Position numbers and translations under genes: made by a program
The notes under the pieces: model-generated
What the model was told of the DNA's origin: nothing
Database searches by the model: none
Seen by the model: only the letters and a program-made list of their open reading frames with translations
In this document: piece by piece, positions 1-11,292 of the stretch
How the letters are laid out: each line of letters opens with the position of its first letter
How positions within the stretch are numbered: the stretch's first letter is position 1
Assembly (NCBI RefSeq): GCF_006345805.1
Contig: NW_021832516.1
Location: 1 to 30,741, forward strand
From: Octopus sinensis
Lineage: Eukaryota
DNA: 30,741 nucleotides
Reading direction: 5' to 3'

Positions 1-13
1 TATCTATCTATCA

Positions 14-44
<31 letters not shown>

Positions 45-76
45 ATATACTATATATTATATATATATATATATAT

Positions 77-140
77 TGTTTGTTTTGTACACCACCCGTC
101 TTCGTCTTTGTTTTTTTTCGTAAACTCTCCCTATATATAT
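77..140 (+). repeat. 3' end of a putative Penelope-like pLTR family (same family as 10.1 kb and 21.7 kb)
   Basis: TGTTTGTTTTGTACACCACC..GTCTTCGTCTTT..TTTCGTAAACTCTCCC matches 10145-10195, 21692-21757 and 9666-9680; runs into (TA)n. Confidence 0.6.
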
Positions 141-319
141 ATATTGCAAATAAAAAATGGATGGAAACAGTAGTTGGTTCATCAACCTTGGACGTTAAAA
201 ATGTTAGCTTATTTATTTTTAAACTGATAATTATAATAACATACATATTATAGCATATTATTGTATGCATATAAAATAAGAATACAAGCAATTATTAAGA
301 AACATGAATATAAATTAGT

Positions 320-360
<41 letters not shown>

Positions 361-361
<1 letters not shown>

Positions 362-775
362 ACTCTTTTACTCTTTTACTTGTTTCAGTCATTTTGACTG
401 CGGCCATGCTGGAGCACCGCCTTTAGTCGAGCAACACTCGACCCCGGGACTTATTCTTTTGTAAGCCCAGTACTTATTCTATCGGTCTCTTTTGCCGAAC
501 CGCTAAGTGACGGGGACATAAACACACCAGCATCGGTTGTCAAGCAATGCTAGGGGGACAAACACACAGACGCACAAACACATACGTACACACACATATA
601 TATATACATATATACGACGGGCTTCTTTTGTTTCCGTCTACAAATCACTCACAAGGCTTTGGTCGGCCCGAGGCTATAGCAGAAGACACTTGCCCAAGGT
701 GCCACGCAGTGGGACTGAAACCCGGAACCATGTGGTTGGTAAGCAAGCTACTTACCACACAGCCACTCCTGCGCC
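361..775 (-). mobile_element. tRNA-derived CORE-type SINE (family A), near full length
   Basis: Minus strand: GGCGCAGGAGTGGCTGTGTGG (A-box-like), GGTTTCAGTCCC (B-box-like), GGCACCTTGGGCAAGT (CORE-like), central TA/CA tract, 3' tail ending (AAAAGAGT)n; further copies at 9.0, 11.6 and 26.5 kb. Confidence 0.85.
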
Positions 776-776
776 T

Positions 777-809
<33 letters not shown>

Positions 810-1390
810 TATATTTGTATGTATGTATACTCATATATATTGAATGATACATTTAAGGAGGTTCACTTAAAGGACTTTAAGTTTCTGTGTCAAGGATACA
901 ATGATTGCCACACTTCTTCAGGTGTCCCTAAGTTCGTCAGCGGCCTCAATTAGAAACACGAGAAACGAAAAACACACCTACAACTATATCGAAGTCTACC
1001 GCGTTTGCCGACACGAGCGGTTTGTCAATATGTGTGTGTGTGTGTGTGTGTGTGTGTAGTTTGTGTGTGTGTACATGCATATACATATACATGTGTATTT
1101 GTGTGCCTATCATCGCCTGAAACTTTCATACTAGGTATATTTAACAGTCTTCTGAGAAACGAGGTGACACATCGTCACTATTTGTATATATTTACGAATT
1201 TTAAAAATTAAGTAAAAATAGTAATACTAGTTTTCTACCTTGGCTGATACTTAATTTTAATGCCTTGGGACGATGAATGGCTAAGTTAACCCCCGAGGAA
1301 TTTGAACTGAGCACGCCAAGGTGAAGAACACATAACACAAATCTTTTTATTCCGGCCTTCCATCGTGTCTGAAACGTCGTTGCCTTAATA

Positions 1391-1881
1391 CAGTGTGTCC
1401 CAGAATTACCTATCTTAATGGAATCGGGCAAAATAAAAAGAAAAAACAGGCGGTTTTGTGTTTATTCAATTATGATATTAAAACAAGTAGATTTATGAAT
1501 CTTATTTCAAAACTTTATTGAAAATTTTCAACAGATGCTCCGTCTGTATCTCTGGAAATTTCAAATCTAACCTTAGTGTTGCGAAACACATTTTGAAACG
1601 TACCAGGTGTAATGCATCCTTTAAGTTCAGGTAAACTATTATTCCATCCTGTTGGGGATAGGGCTAGAGGAAATGATGGCAGCCAAACTGAAATAAGGCT
1701 GTCGGGGACAGACAACCGGGATCTAACAGAAATGAAAATAAATTGTAAAATAAATATTATCAAAATTATAAAATGATAAACAAGATAAATTTGATACATA
1801 TTAAACATTATAAACAAATAAAAGCAAGTTTTAAAAAATATTCTCCGATTTCTCGGAAATAGTTAACTCTGAGACGCCCTG
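1391..1881 (-). mobile_element. Internally deleted Tc1/mariner DNA transposon
   Basis: Imperfect 23-bp TIRs (CAGTGTGTCCCAGAATTACCTAT vs reverse complement CAGGGCGTCTCAGAGTTAACTAT, 18/23); TA on the left flank, TG/TA on the right; minus-strand remnant ITPGTFQNVFRNTKVRFEISRDTDGASVENF resembles mariner-type transposase C-termini. Confidence 0.7.
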
Positions 1882-1897
1882 TGTATATAATGCCAAT

Positions 1898-2100
1898 AAG
1901 GCGGTTTGTTGGCAGAATTGGAAGCACGCCGGGCAGAATGCTTAGCGGCATTTCGTCTGTTTTTGCGTTCTGAGTTCAAATCCCGCTGAGGTCGACTTTG
2001 CCTTTCAATCTTTCGGGATCGATACAATACGTATTGGATTCGAGGTAATCGACTTACCCGCTTCCCCCAAATTGCTGGCCTGGTGCCAAAATTAGAAACC
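1898..2100 (+). mobile_element. tRNA-derived SINE (family B)
   Basis: AAGGCGG..TGGCAGAAT head, GAGTTCAAATCCC B-box-like motif, GAGGTCGACTTTGCCTTTC body, followed by a CAA/TAA tail. Confidence 0.8.
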
Positions 2101-2140
2101 GATATCTATAATAACAACAGTTGCAACAACAATAATAATA

Positions 2141-2308
2141 ACCCTTTCTACTATCGGCACAAGGCCTGAAATTTTAGGTTGTGAGGGTTAGTCGATTTCA
2201 TCGACTCTAGTGCTCAACTGTTATTTCATCGACCCCCCCAAAGGTTGAAAAGCTAAGTTGACCTCGGCAGAATTTGACATCAGAACTTAAAAACGGACGA
2301 AATGCCAC
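2141..2308 (-). mobile_element. SINE family B, inverted copy tail-to-tail with 1898-2100
   Basis: Reverse complement of family B body and tail (GGCACAAGGCCTGAAATTTT, GACCTCGGCAGAATTTGA). Confidence 0.75.
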
Positions 2309-2309
2309 C

Positions 2310-5300
2310 CCACAGATCCCAAGCCCCTTTGATCACTGGGAAAGGCAAAGGCTCCCTTCTCTTCATCTAACAGGCGCATACTTAGATTGGGTCCATTTAC
2401 TCGGCCATTCTCGCTACGTGCACCGACCTCGATATAAATTTAGTGGCGGTAGGTCAGCACCTCTCTCTCCACCCATATATTCCTTTCTAAGTGGAACTTG
2501 AAGAAGTCAGTGAGGCTGTCCTTTATAGAATCTACTTGGCCATGGCCAACAGAGAAAAAATGCCTGCAATCCCCGACCAAAGGAAAGCAGTTGATCGATG
2601 TTCACGATGGAATCGGTTGATAATTCGATCCGTCTTACAAATGATAGTAGCTGTTCTACACAACTTTACAAGTTAACACTGCTCGAGCCCTGTTCGATCG
2701 TACTCAGGGCGGTTTCATCACTCTGTGCGCATCTCGGGCAGTTGCGGGTAACCGCACTACCATATTTGTAGAGTTTATCCCGACCTGGTAATGCCCTTTA
2801 GTGGCACTGCTTGGCCAGGGACTGCTAGAAATAATCCATGGGTCTCAGCCTGAATGTCTTCCGGAAAATACCAGCCAGTTGATGTTCTTCGGCGCCCAGT
2901 GTTTATCCAAGAACATCATCGCTCTTACTCACCATCCTTTATAGAACGTTATGATAGAGTATCCATCAACCGCGTTACTGGACTGCTAGAGGTGTCATGG
3001 GCACCTGACGACACTCTATGTGCCAGGTGCCCCGTCTCGGTTTACCCTTCTGCAAGATTACAACTCTGTCAAAAAGAGTGCCTGACAAACGGTGAACTCA
3101 CTTGCTCACCGCCAAAGAAACGCTGGATGTCGCAGCCTCAGTACATTTCTGCGGATTATCAACCACTGCATGACCAATCCTTCACTTCAGCCGACGTTGA
3201 CAGTAAATGTACTGCTTGACCAGCGGGACCTGTCCTCTCTACAGAAAGCAGGGAATAAGCATTCCATCCTGATCAGCAATGAAGTAGAGAAAGACATTAC
3301 GGTCAGTCGGTAGGAGGTGGTGGATGGAATGTAGGCATTCAACACCTCCGCCTTACCCTTCAGGGATAGTTTCCTCTCAGCCTATTTCTGGGTGAGATTA
3401 GCCACCCTGCATGTCGCCTCATCCCAGTTTTTGTCCACCAATCCAAACCAAACCAAACCCAGTGCAATTTAATCCGGTCCGTTCGTCATGCGCCCCACTG
3501 GACCTGACTTTAAAGGTGGAGGACCACTGACTTTTCTTGGTTGGTCTTTGCATTTCTCACCGCCTCCAAGTCTCTTAAGGGCAATGCCGATCACGTCATT
3601 GCATCTTGTATCCGGCACTATGGCAATGGTATCTTCCGTGTATGCCATCGCGGATCATCCGTTTCCTAGTTCGCGCAGTATGCCCCTCAGCATCTCTAAT
3701 TTCCACGGAGAGAGTACAAACAAAAGAGACGAGAGTAAACAACCTTGGCAGACTGAGTGCAAGATGCTGAAAGATTTCAATAAGTGACAATTCACGAAAA
3801 CCATCGAGCAGATGTCGCTATACATTGCAGTGATCAGACCAAGGAAGACAGGACCGCAATCGACCACCATAAAGGCAGCTGACTCTATCGAAGGCTTTTG
3901 ATTGATCTAAGTTTGGTCAGAGTCCTGCCCGTGCCAGATTCCTTATTCACCTTCTCAATGACCGATCACATGAGACAGAGATTGTATTAGATATATTTGT
4001 TCAAGATGGTGCAGGTTTATGCATCACTTTTCTAACTGTCGATGACAAGCTACAACTTCTTTGCTAACAACTTGGCCAAAATTTTGAAATTTGCACTTAT
4101 CGGAGCTAGGGGCCGAAAATTATCAATATGATTGTTGTAGGGAAGTAGTAATAGTCGTACACCCCTCCCACGTGACGAGTGGAATGAATTTGTCACTATA
4201 AGTAAGGTGACGTCGGCCAGTATCGAGAGAGTACGTATAATAAGAGAGTACGTGTAGACTGTGTTGATAGTCGTGTCAGTGCTGATATAATAATCATACT
4301 GTGATACTGGGACCTTATAATGATCCAACCTTTTGAGAATAATAGCACTGTACGATTGGGGGTCGTACAGTGCCGGATAGAAGCATTCTAACGACGACTA
4401 TGGACCCTAACAATATGTGTCAGGACGACAACCGCCGTAGAAAGACAGGTCCAACAGTGGCGAAAGACCGTTTCTTAACAATAATCCCCTTTGTTTAGAT
4501 TCTGTCTCAGCAGCACCACCGCTCCTCGACTCAACGAACTAAGAAATATCCGTTCTGCAGCCAGTTGTGGTACTTATCTGACAAGAGGCCTCCAAACAAG
4601 TCTGGCATATAAAAGTAAAACTTGTAAAGTAGACCATCCAAACCAGAGGAGATGCCTCCGCCTCGTGCAGTCAATCATCGCTTTCCGTATTTTCTCGACT
4701 GCTATCGGCTTTTCGCAACACACCTCTTCTGTCGCCGTGAGTTACAACAGACCGTCGAGGTAGGCATTAAAATTATCCCAACGTTCTGGCTCGCCATTCG
4801 TTCTGAACATTCGACCGAAGTTCTGAAAACCGAACTCATCTGCTTGCGTTCGTGTAACAAGAGTCCTTTATGTTCCGTTGCGACTCTGCCACTCAGGCCC
4901 ATCGAACGGCTTTCGGTTCCTCGTGTCTTAGAGCACGTTTCTTAACTTTGACAGCTATAATCTTCGTATTTTAAGTCAATTGGTTGAAGGCCAATTTCGC
5001 CGAGTTCACGTCGGCTGCAATTCTTTTTCTATGCGCCTCTTCTAAGTTTGTTACTAAGTCCCCTTCTATTATATTTTTCTCTATCGCTACGACTATACGA
5101 AACCTTATCTAATCACCCATTTCAGGGCAAACCAACATTTTTTTGTTGACGAGTGTTTCGTTAACGTATACTTGGCGCACCGAGATTGACGCGTTCAATT
5201 TCCAGTAACCGGGGCCCTGTCAACGAAGCTTATGTATGTCAACCGTACAGATCACAAATTTGTAGTCTGTGTAGCCGACGATTTTAAAGTGTGGGCACCT

Positions 5301-5450
5301 ATACTTTACTTTTCTACTGGCCGACAGAATACTCAATCTAGATACAAAATGGGTGACCCGATGCGCTTGATCCATGTCGACATTGGTACAACCAGGAAAT
5401 CCGGTCGATACCAGTCAGACAGTTGGAAACATTCGAGCAGGTTTCTGTTG
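2310..5450 (-). pseudogene. Decayed Tx1/L1-clade LINE ORF2 (APE endonuclease end, RT, C-terminal zinc knuckle)
   Basis: Minus-strand motifs in the expected order: CPHFKIVGYTDY (APE TDH motif), GPGYWKLNASI (~5.2 kb), DNFRP..ANFKILAKLLAKKL (RT start), SVCQGCLLSSLLFVL, YTED for YADD at 3642-3631, RDKLYKYG..CPRCAQSDET (~2.75 kb); many stops and frameshifts. Confidence 0.9.
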
Positions 5451-5655
5451 CGTTTACTAATGAGAAATGCACGTGGAACCCATCACATTTAGATTCTCCA
5501 AGTGGAGCTACTAAGTTAGACATGGCCTGGGCCCAATTCTCGCCGAGGCTTTAAGAGTCTAAGTATAGTTCTTGTGCCAGTAAGGAAATATATGGTTGTA
5601 TGAGTGCGTGCGCACACACAGACGTACACACAAACACACACTTAAATACATAAGT

Positions 5656-5920
5656 GAGGGTGCGTGGTGTAGTGATCGAGGGTTCCACTCCTGGAGCGGG
5701 TTGCGCATTAGGATCTTGAGCAAAACTCTTCATCTCCCGTTACTCTGCGATCCCTTCGACATCCGGCCCGTGGCACACCGTGCATCTGTGAATGCCAGTT
5801 TGATGGAGGGAATCGGCTCCCACGTACAACACGAACATTTGATCATCAGAAACAAATCATCCGGTCAGGTTGTTCAGTAAGAAGTTGCCGAGGGCTCACC
5901 TGTCGTTTACGATAGGAGGC
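5656..5920 (+). mobile_element. tRNA-derived SINE (family C), degenerate
   Basis: GGTGCGTGGTGTAGTG A-box-like head, TTGAGCAAAACTCTTCATCTC CORE/Meta-like segment, unique tail running into a CA repeat. Confidence 0.6.
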
Positions 5921-6065
5921 CATGCACACACACACGCGCACGCACGCATGCATGGACGCACACGCACACATACAGGCATACATATACGCGCGCGAGTTTG
6001 GGTATGTGTGTCTATCTATCTATAATGGTAAGAAACTCTCAAGAGAGTCTCTCGCTCTCTCTCTC

Positions 6066-6129
<64 letters not shown>

Positions 6130-6130
<1 letters not shown>

Positions 6131-6255
6131 TTTTTAATCCAAAAGGGAAACAAAAAACAACAACACACAGGAACAATTACAGTATTATTATTAATAGGGC
6201 TCAGGAGATGGAAGCAGGGAGTTATGACGTTTCGAGCGGAGCTCTTCGTCGGAAA
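6130..6255 (-). repeat. Putative pLTR 3' fragment with degenerate hammerhead-like core
   Basis: Minus strand CCGACGA-A-GAGC-UCC-GCUC-GAAACGUC (6252-6226); helix I not formed; ends in (TA)n; same layout as the 10076-10111 motif. Confidence 0.35.
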
Positions 6256-6326
6256 TATATATATATTATATGTATGTGTGTGTGTATGTGTATATATATA
6301 TTTGTGTTGTGTGTATATATATATGC

Positions 6327-6359
<33 letters not shown>

Positions 6360-6496
6360 CAGTATGTGTGTATATAATATATATATATATAATACAGTAT
6401 GTGCGTATATATAATATATATATTATATATATGTAATATATACACACATACTGTTTATATATATATATATATATATATCTATATATATATATATAT

Positions 6497-6536
<40 letters not shown>

Positions 6537-7260
6537 TGTATATATGTATGTATGTGTGTTTGTCTGTCTATCTGCATGTATGCATATATAGATATGATAT
6601 AGTATGATTATATATAATATATATATATTATATATTCTTTTGTGAGGAGACAGACATTGACAGAGACAGAGAGACAGACAGACAGACATACAGACAGTCT
6701 TGGTCGTCTGCCGTTAACAGTTGAGATGAACGGGCCAATCAAAAAGTTCCTGTTCCTACTGCTCAACACTCTCCACCTACCATTTTAATTTCTCCTCTCC
6801 CTTACCCCATTACTGATTTTATTACTTTCCTCTCTCTCTCTCTCTTTCTTTCTCCTTTTGTTTCCCCTTCTCTCTCTCGCCCTCTCTCCCTTCCTCCTCA
6901 TCCAGCCTCAACCTCCTCCTCTTCCCCCCTTGTTTCTATTCCCTTCTTTCCTCTTCATGTCTTCATTACTGCTTCACTCACACCCCTCCCTCGCACTCTT
7001 TCGTCTTTTCCACAATCTACTTCCGCCGCCGCCGTCACCACCACCACCACCGCTTTTCTTTTCAATCCTCCTCCTTCCATAATTTGCTTGTTAAAATCTC
7101 CTCCTCTTCCCCCTCCCCGGCTCTCACTGACAATGGGGCGTGAACTTGGTGTTGTGTTTTTGAAGAGACAAGAGGAGAGAAAGGTAAAAAAAAAAGTGAG
7201 AGGAGAGAGAAGAAAAGAGAAATGTGTGTAAATAGAAAATTATAAATAAATATAAACACT

Positions 7261-7264
7261 CGTG

Positions 7265-7335
<71 letters not shown>
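7261..7335. repeat. (GT)n microsatellite
   Basis: Near-perfect GT array. Confidence 0.95.
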
Positions 7336-7895
7336 AAACGCGTACAGCTATGGCAGTGAGAAGCTTCAAAATCAAGTCCGGCTCTGTATTGACATAAATA
7401 CGAAATATGTTTTATATCTTCTCTGGGTACGATCGCGTTTCTAGTAGTCAGACATTCATTGGAACACATGAACACGTGATCCTTTTATCTGCGGAGCTGT
7501 AAAAGACGATATATAAGATTCTTATTGGTGTAGGAAACAGTCGAAACATGTAAAGCAGATATAGAGTCAATGCCCGAAATGTTTACACAGCATATGTCGG
7601 GGGTGTTATGTTCGTCAAAAAGATGCCGTAAAAAGAGACGGCTAGAGTATTATATTTCCCTACATTCCAACACAGAGTGGTTCAAACATATTTATACAAT
7701 TTAGTGTTGCGAAACACTGCTATGCTGATGTTTAGTTTTCAAATAAATCAGTTTCTAGCTTACCATTCAGGAATATATCGGAACAAAAGGGTGGGATTAC
7801 GGATTGATGGCATCATAGAGATTTTTCGACGTTCAATTAATTTATGGTTTTGTAAATCTCGTAGCAGTTCGCTGTGTCTACCCTTCCGGTCTCTG

Positions 7896-7933
7896 CTGCT
7901 GAAGAGAAGATAACCACTCCGAAATGCATACTG
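7896..7933 (+). ncRNA. Minimal type-I hammerhead-like motif, degenerate helices
   Basis: CUGAAGA (7899-7905), GAAG/CUCC helix II with one mismatch, GAAA, palindromic AUGCAU helix III, UA cleavage triplet; helix I weak. Confidence 0.4.
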
Positions 7934-8797
7934 TGAACTGACTCGGTGTATTTACACCTATTCTATCTACAGCGAAATATTTTCTCCATCACAAAATACA
8001 GTGAATGAATTTCTTACAGGTTCGAACAGGCCTCAAGCATATTTGAATTGGTAACAAGTTTGTATTCACAAATGAATGTCTCCAGTTGAAACGGGCGCCA
8101 TATCGTTCTCTCACCCCTCCCCTTCCTTCATTCTCTGTTTGTATGTCTCTGTCTCTCTCTTTGATTTCTCCCTTTATATACATAGCTCTCTTTGTCTCTA
8201 CCCTCTCCCTTCCCCCTTTTCTCTCGGTGTGTGTGTGTATGCATATGATTTTTACATTGAGATCGTATAACTGAAAGACTAACACTTCCCCCATCCCTTC
8301 ACTATTACAAGGGCGTGTGTTTGTCTTGTTTAAGAAAACTATTCAACAGATAAAACATCAAGAGTAGCTCTAGCTGTTTCACACTTGTTGGTAATTTAAT
8401 GAAGATCGTCTAAAGACAAAACCCAACGAGAAAGGCAACAAGACCACTTCCTGGAAAGTTGACTGCAATGACAGAACTAAGGGAAAGAGCATTGTTGGCC
8501 AGCGCTGGATGTTTAAAGCCATTATTATAATAAAATGACACAGCAAATCGAACAAGATCAATAAGATTAAATCATCAAAGACTGTGGGAGAGAAACTTTA
8601 AGAACAGGGGCCTATACCAAAAGTCTACATGCACGAACGAAGAATGAAAGAATGCCCCGGAAGATGACGCTGGCAATTTCAACCTAAGAATAGTCATTCA
8701 AAAAACAGTGACTCTTTTAGGATTCTTGTATTAAAATCAATAATTGGAGTGAATTCTCTCCCGCAGTCCACACCTTTCACGCGAGTGCGCACACACG

Positions 8798-8831
<34 letters not shown>

Positions 8832-8918
8832 TTCATATCTATAGAGAAAGAGAGAAAGAGAAAGAGGGAAGAGAGAAAGAGAGGGAGAGAGAGAACAAAG
8901 AAACTCCTTTATTGCAGG

Positions 8919-9025
8919 ACTGGTATTATATTTTATTGCCACCGAAAGGATGGGAGGCAAAGGCGACCCTTGGCTCTATTTGAACTCATCGAGCACAGAG
9001 CCGAAATAAATATCGCAAGACATTC
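8919..9025 (-). mobile_element. SINE family B fragment
   Basis: CCGAAAGGATG..GGCAAAGGCGACC..ATTTGAACTC matches the reverse complement of the family B body. Confidence 0.6.
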
Positions 9026-9035
9026 TATTTCTGTG

Positions 9036-9118
9036 CCACTACATGGCACCTAGAGCAAGTGTCTACTACTACAGCCCTGGGCAGACCAACGCCTTGCGAG
9101 TGAATGTGGTAGACGGAA
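9036..9118 (+). mobile_element. SINE family A CORE fragment
   Basis: GGCACCTAGAGCAAGTGTCTACTACTACAGCCCTGGGCAGACCAACGCCTTGCGAGTG..GGTAGACGGAA. Confidence 0.65.
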
Positions 9119-9232
9119 TGTATGTATGTATGTATGTATATGATATGAAGATAATTTTATAATTTCGTTAAAGCGAAGAATAAAAGTAGGACTGCAGATG
9201 GAAGTGCTCAGGTAACACTGAGACGAGAGGGA

Positions 9233-9625
9233 AATAAATTAAAAGGTATAATGAATAAAAACTCTAATTCTTGAAAACAACTTTATAACATTCCCAAATT
9301 ATCATAAATTGAACATAAATATATATTCTTTTCTACTCTATGTTCAACGCCTGCAATTTTTTGGTGAGGTGTGGTGGGGGCAGTCGATTAGATCGACCCC
9401 AGTACGCAACTGGTACTTAATTTATCGACCCCGAAAGGATGAAAGACGAAAATACTGGTAAACATCAGGGCACCCAATGGTATATATGTGTATATTTTAT
9501 GCTATTGAATTTTACCCTTGGGGGCCCTGATGTTTTAATATATATTTATGTTCGATTTATATGGGAATGTTATAAAGTTGTTTTGATCAATTAGTGCGTT
9601 TATTGATTATACCTTTCAATTTATT
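9233..9625. repeat. Diverged fold-back repeat with a SINE inserted in the left arm
   Basis: 9233-9327 plus 9460-9477 is the reverse complement of 9518-9625; the 18-bp inner stem matches 17/18. Confidence 0.75.
9325..9452 (-). mobile_element. SINE family B 3' half (5'-truncated)
   Basis: CAGTCGATTAGATCGACCCCAGTACGCAACTGGTACTTAATTTATCGACCCCGAAAGGATGAAAG. Confidence 0.8.
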
Positions 9626-9664
9626 ACACACACACACACACACACACACATGTATATATATATA

Positions 9665-10195
9665 TTCGTAAACTCTCCCTATATATCACACGCTCACGTG
9701 GTCGCACCAATTGATCCTGTCATTTCTTATCACACACGAACTTCTCCACTGGACTTTCTATCTACCCTTTACGGATTCTCTTTTGGACATGTTACCCTCC
9801 GGCTGCACCTCACCTACCTACGGATCACCGTGGACGCTACTCTTGATGAAAAATCCTTGCAATACACCACGACGTCAAAAACCTTTGAACTTTACGTAAA
9901 ACTGTTATTATTATTATCATTACTTTCTTTATTCTTTCTAAACTTTCCTGTATTTTCTTTTATCTCCCCTACTTCTTCGCTCTCCTGTGTGACCCTTCTG
10001 TCCGGCAGTCAGTCGCTATGATAGATCGTTAGGCACTACACACATTTTTTTTCTCTCCTTGTTTTTTCTGTGTCCCTTTCTGTAGAAGAGCGCAGGCTTG
10101 AAACGTAAAAGACTTTTTCTATTCCTGAGCGTTATACTAATACATCTGTTTGTTTTGTACACCACCTGTCTTCGTCTTTTGTTTTTTTCGTTTTT
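9665..10195 (+). mobile_element. Putative non-autonomous Penelope-like element fragment (pLTR end, internal piece, pLTR)
   Basis: Starts with the terminal sequence TTCGTAAACTCTCCCTATAT, which ends the pLTR-like unit at 77-140, and ends in that unit; carries a hammerhead-like motif; no RT or GIY-YIG motif visible. Confidence 0.5.
10076..10111 (+). ncRNA. Minimal hammerhead-like variant (A6 to U)
   Basis: CUUU-CUGUAGA-A-GAGC-GCAG-GCUU-GAAACGUA-AAAG: helix I CUUU/AAAG, helix II GAGC/GCUU, ACGU palindrome. Confidence 0.35.
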
Positions 10196-10744
10196 TTGTT
10201 TTATATATATATATATATATCTGCATATGTATATGTATATATGCATATACGTGTGAGTGTATGTGTGTGTGTGTTTTTGCGTCTATGTGTTTTTGTGTCT
10301 AGGACAGTAACGACAGTACAAAATATAAACAGTAAAAGACAGAACAAGGAGAATAGCAGTAACACAAACAAGAAGGGCTGTTAAGCCGAACGAGATAAAA
10401 TTTTTTACGAACGCTATTTTTTGAGAACGGCGAGGGAGCAACAGAAAGTGTCGTTTCTACTTGAAGGAAGCCAGGACAGAAAGACAGTAGCAGAGTTCTC
10501 GTCACGGGTCAACGACGGGAGGGAGGAGGAGGAGTAAGAGAAAGGGAGAGAAAAAAGGGAATGGTTGTAGAGAAAAGAATGAAGAATGAGAGAGAGAGAG
10601 GGAGAGACAATAAGGTAGAAGAAAAGGAAAGCCAAAAGAATGAAGGCTGAGAAAGGGAGGGGGAGAGAAAGGTTAAGAGTGCGCATCATTATTACTGTCC
10701 TGTTTTTGTTACCATTTTTACCCCTTCGCAAAAAAATCTCAAAT

Positions 10745-11012
10745 TTTATTTAATTTGATTTTCGCGGGAAGGATTGTTTCATTAAAGTCATGTATCGCCT
10801 TGACCTTCGAAACGTGGAGTAGATGAAACAAAGGCGACTGAAGAAGGGGAATTTTCCTTGTTTTGTTTGTCCTGTACTCTATTTTTTCATTTTTTAAGAA
10901 AAATGTCCATTTCCTTGGTTTTGTGTTTATGTTTTCGTTTCTCATTGTGTTCGACGTGTTCGTCCTGTACCCATATATGCATGTATATATACATGTAGAG
11001 GTAGGTACGTAC
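10745..11012 (+). repeat. Interspersed pLTR-like repeat (second copy at 23995-24220)
   Basis: CCTTCGAAACG.GGAGTAGA.GAAACA..GG..A.TGAAGAAGGG and TGTACCCATATATGCATG shared with the 24 kb copy. Confidence 0.65.
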
Positions 11013-11224
11013 ATATATGTATGCATATGTATGTATATGTATGTATATGTATATATATGTATATGTATATATATATATGTATATATGTATTATGTGTATA
11101 TACGTATATATGTATATATATGTATATATGTATATATATGACAACAATTGCAGCGTGGAAGGTGTTTATAAGCCATTTAAGAAACACACAAAAGCCGTTC
11201 GATTCACTTCAACATTAAGTTTAA

Positions 11225-11274
11225 TTTGTCAAAATATTTTCGTCGCTAAAATCCGCGACCTGTTCACTGACAAA
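11225..11274 (-). ncRNA. Minimal type-I hammerhead motif, G3:C8 core variant
   Basis: Reverse complement of 11293-11342. Confidence 0.55.
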
Positions 11275-11292
11275 GTCCGTGCTGCATCGGAC

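Noticed and set aside
361-775. Functional tRNA genes at SINE heads
   Set aside because: Only A/B-box remnants; no complete cloverleaf; continuous with SINE bodies
1573-7718. 17-nt identity TTAGTGTTGCGAAACAC at ~1573 and ~7702 (GNRA-loop hairpin)
   Set aside because: No flanking similarity; treated as coincidence
10772-10860. GAAGG..CCTTC-GAAAC and a downstream CTGAAGA as a hammerhead
   Set aside because: I could not assemble core, helix I and helix II in register in either this copy or the 24.0 kb copy
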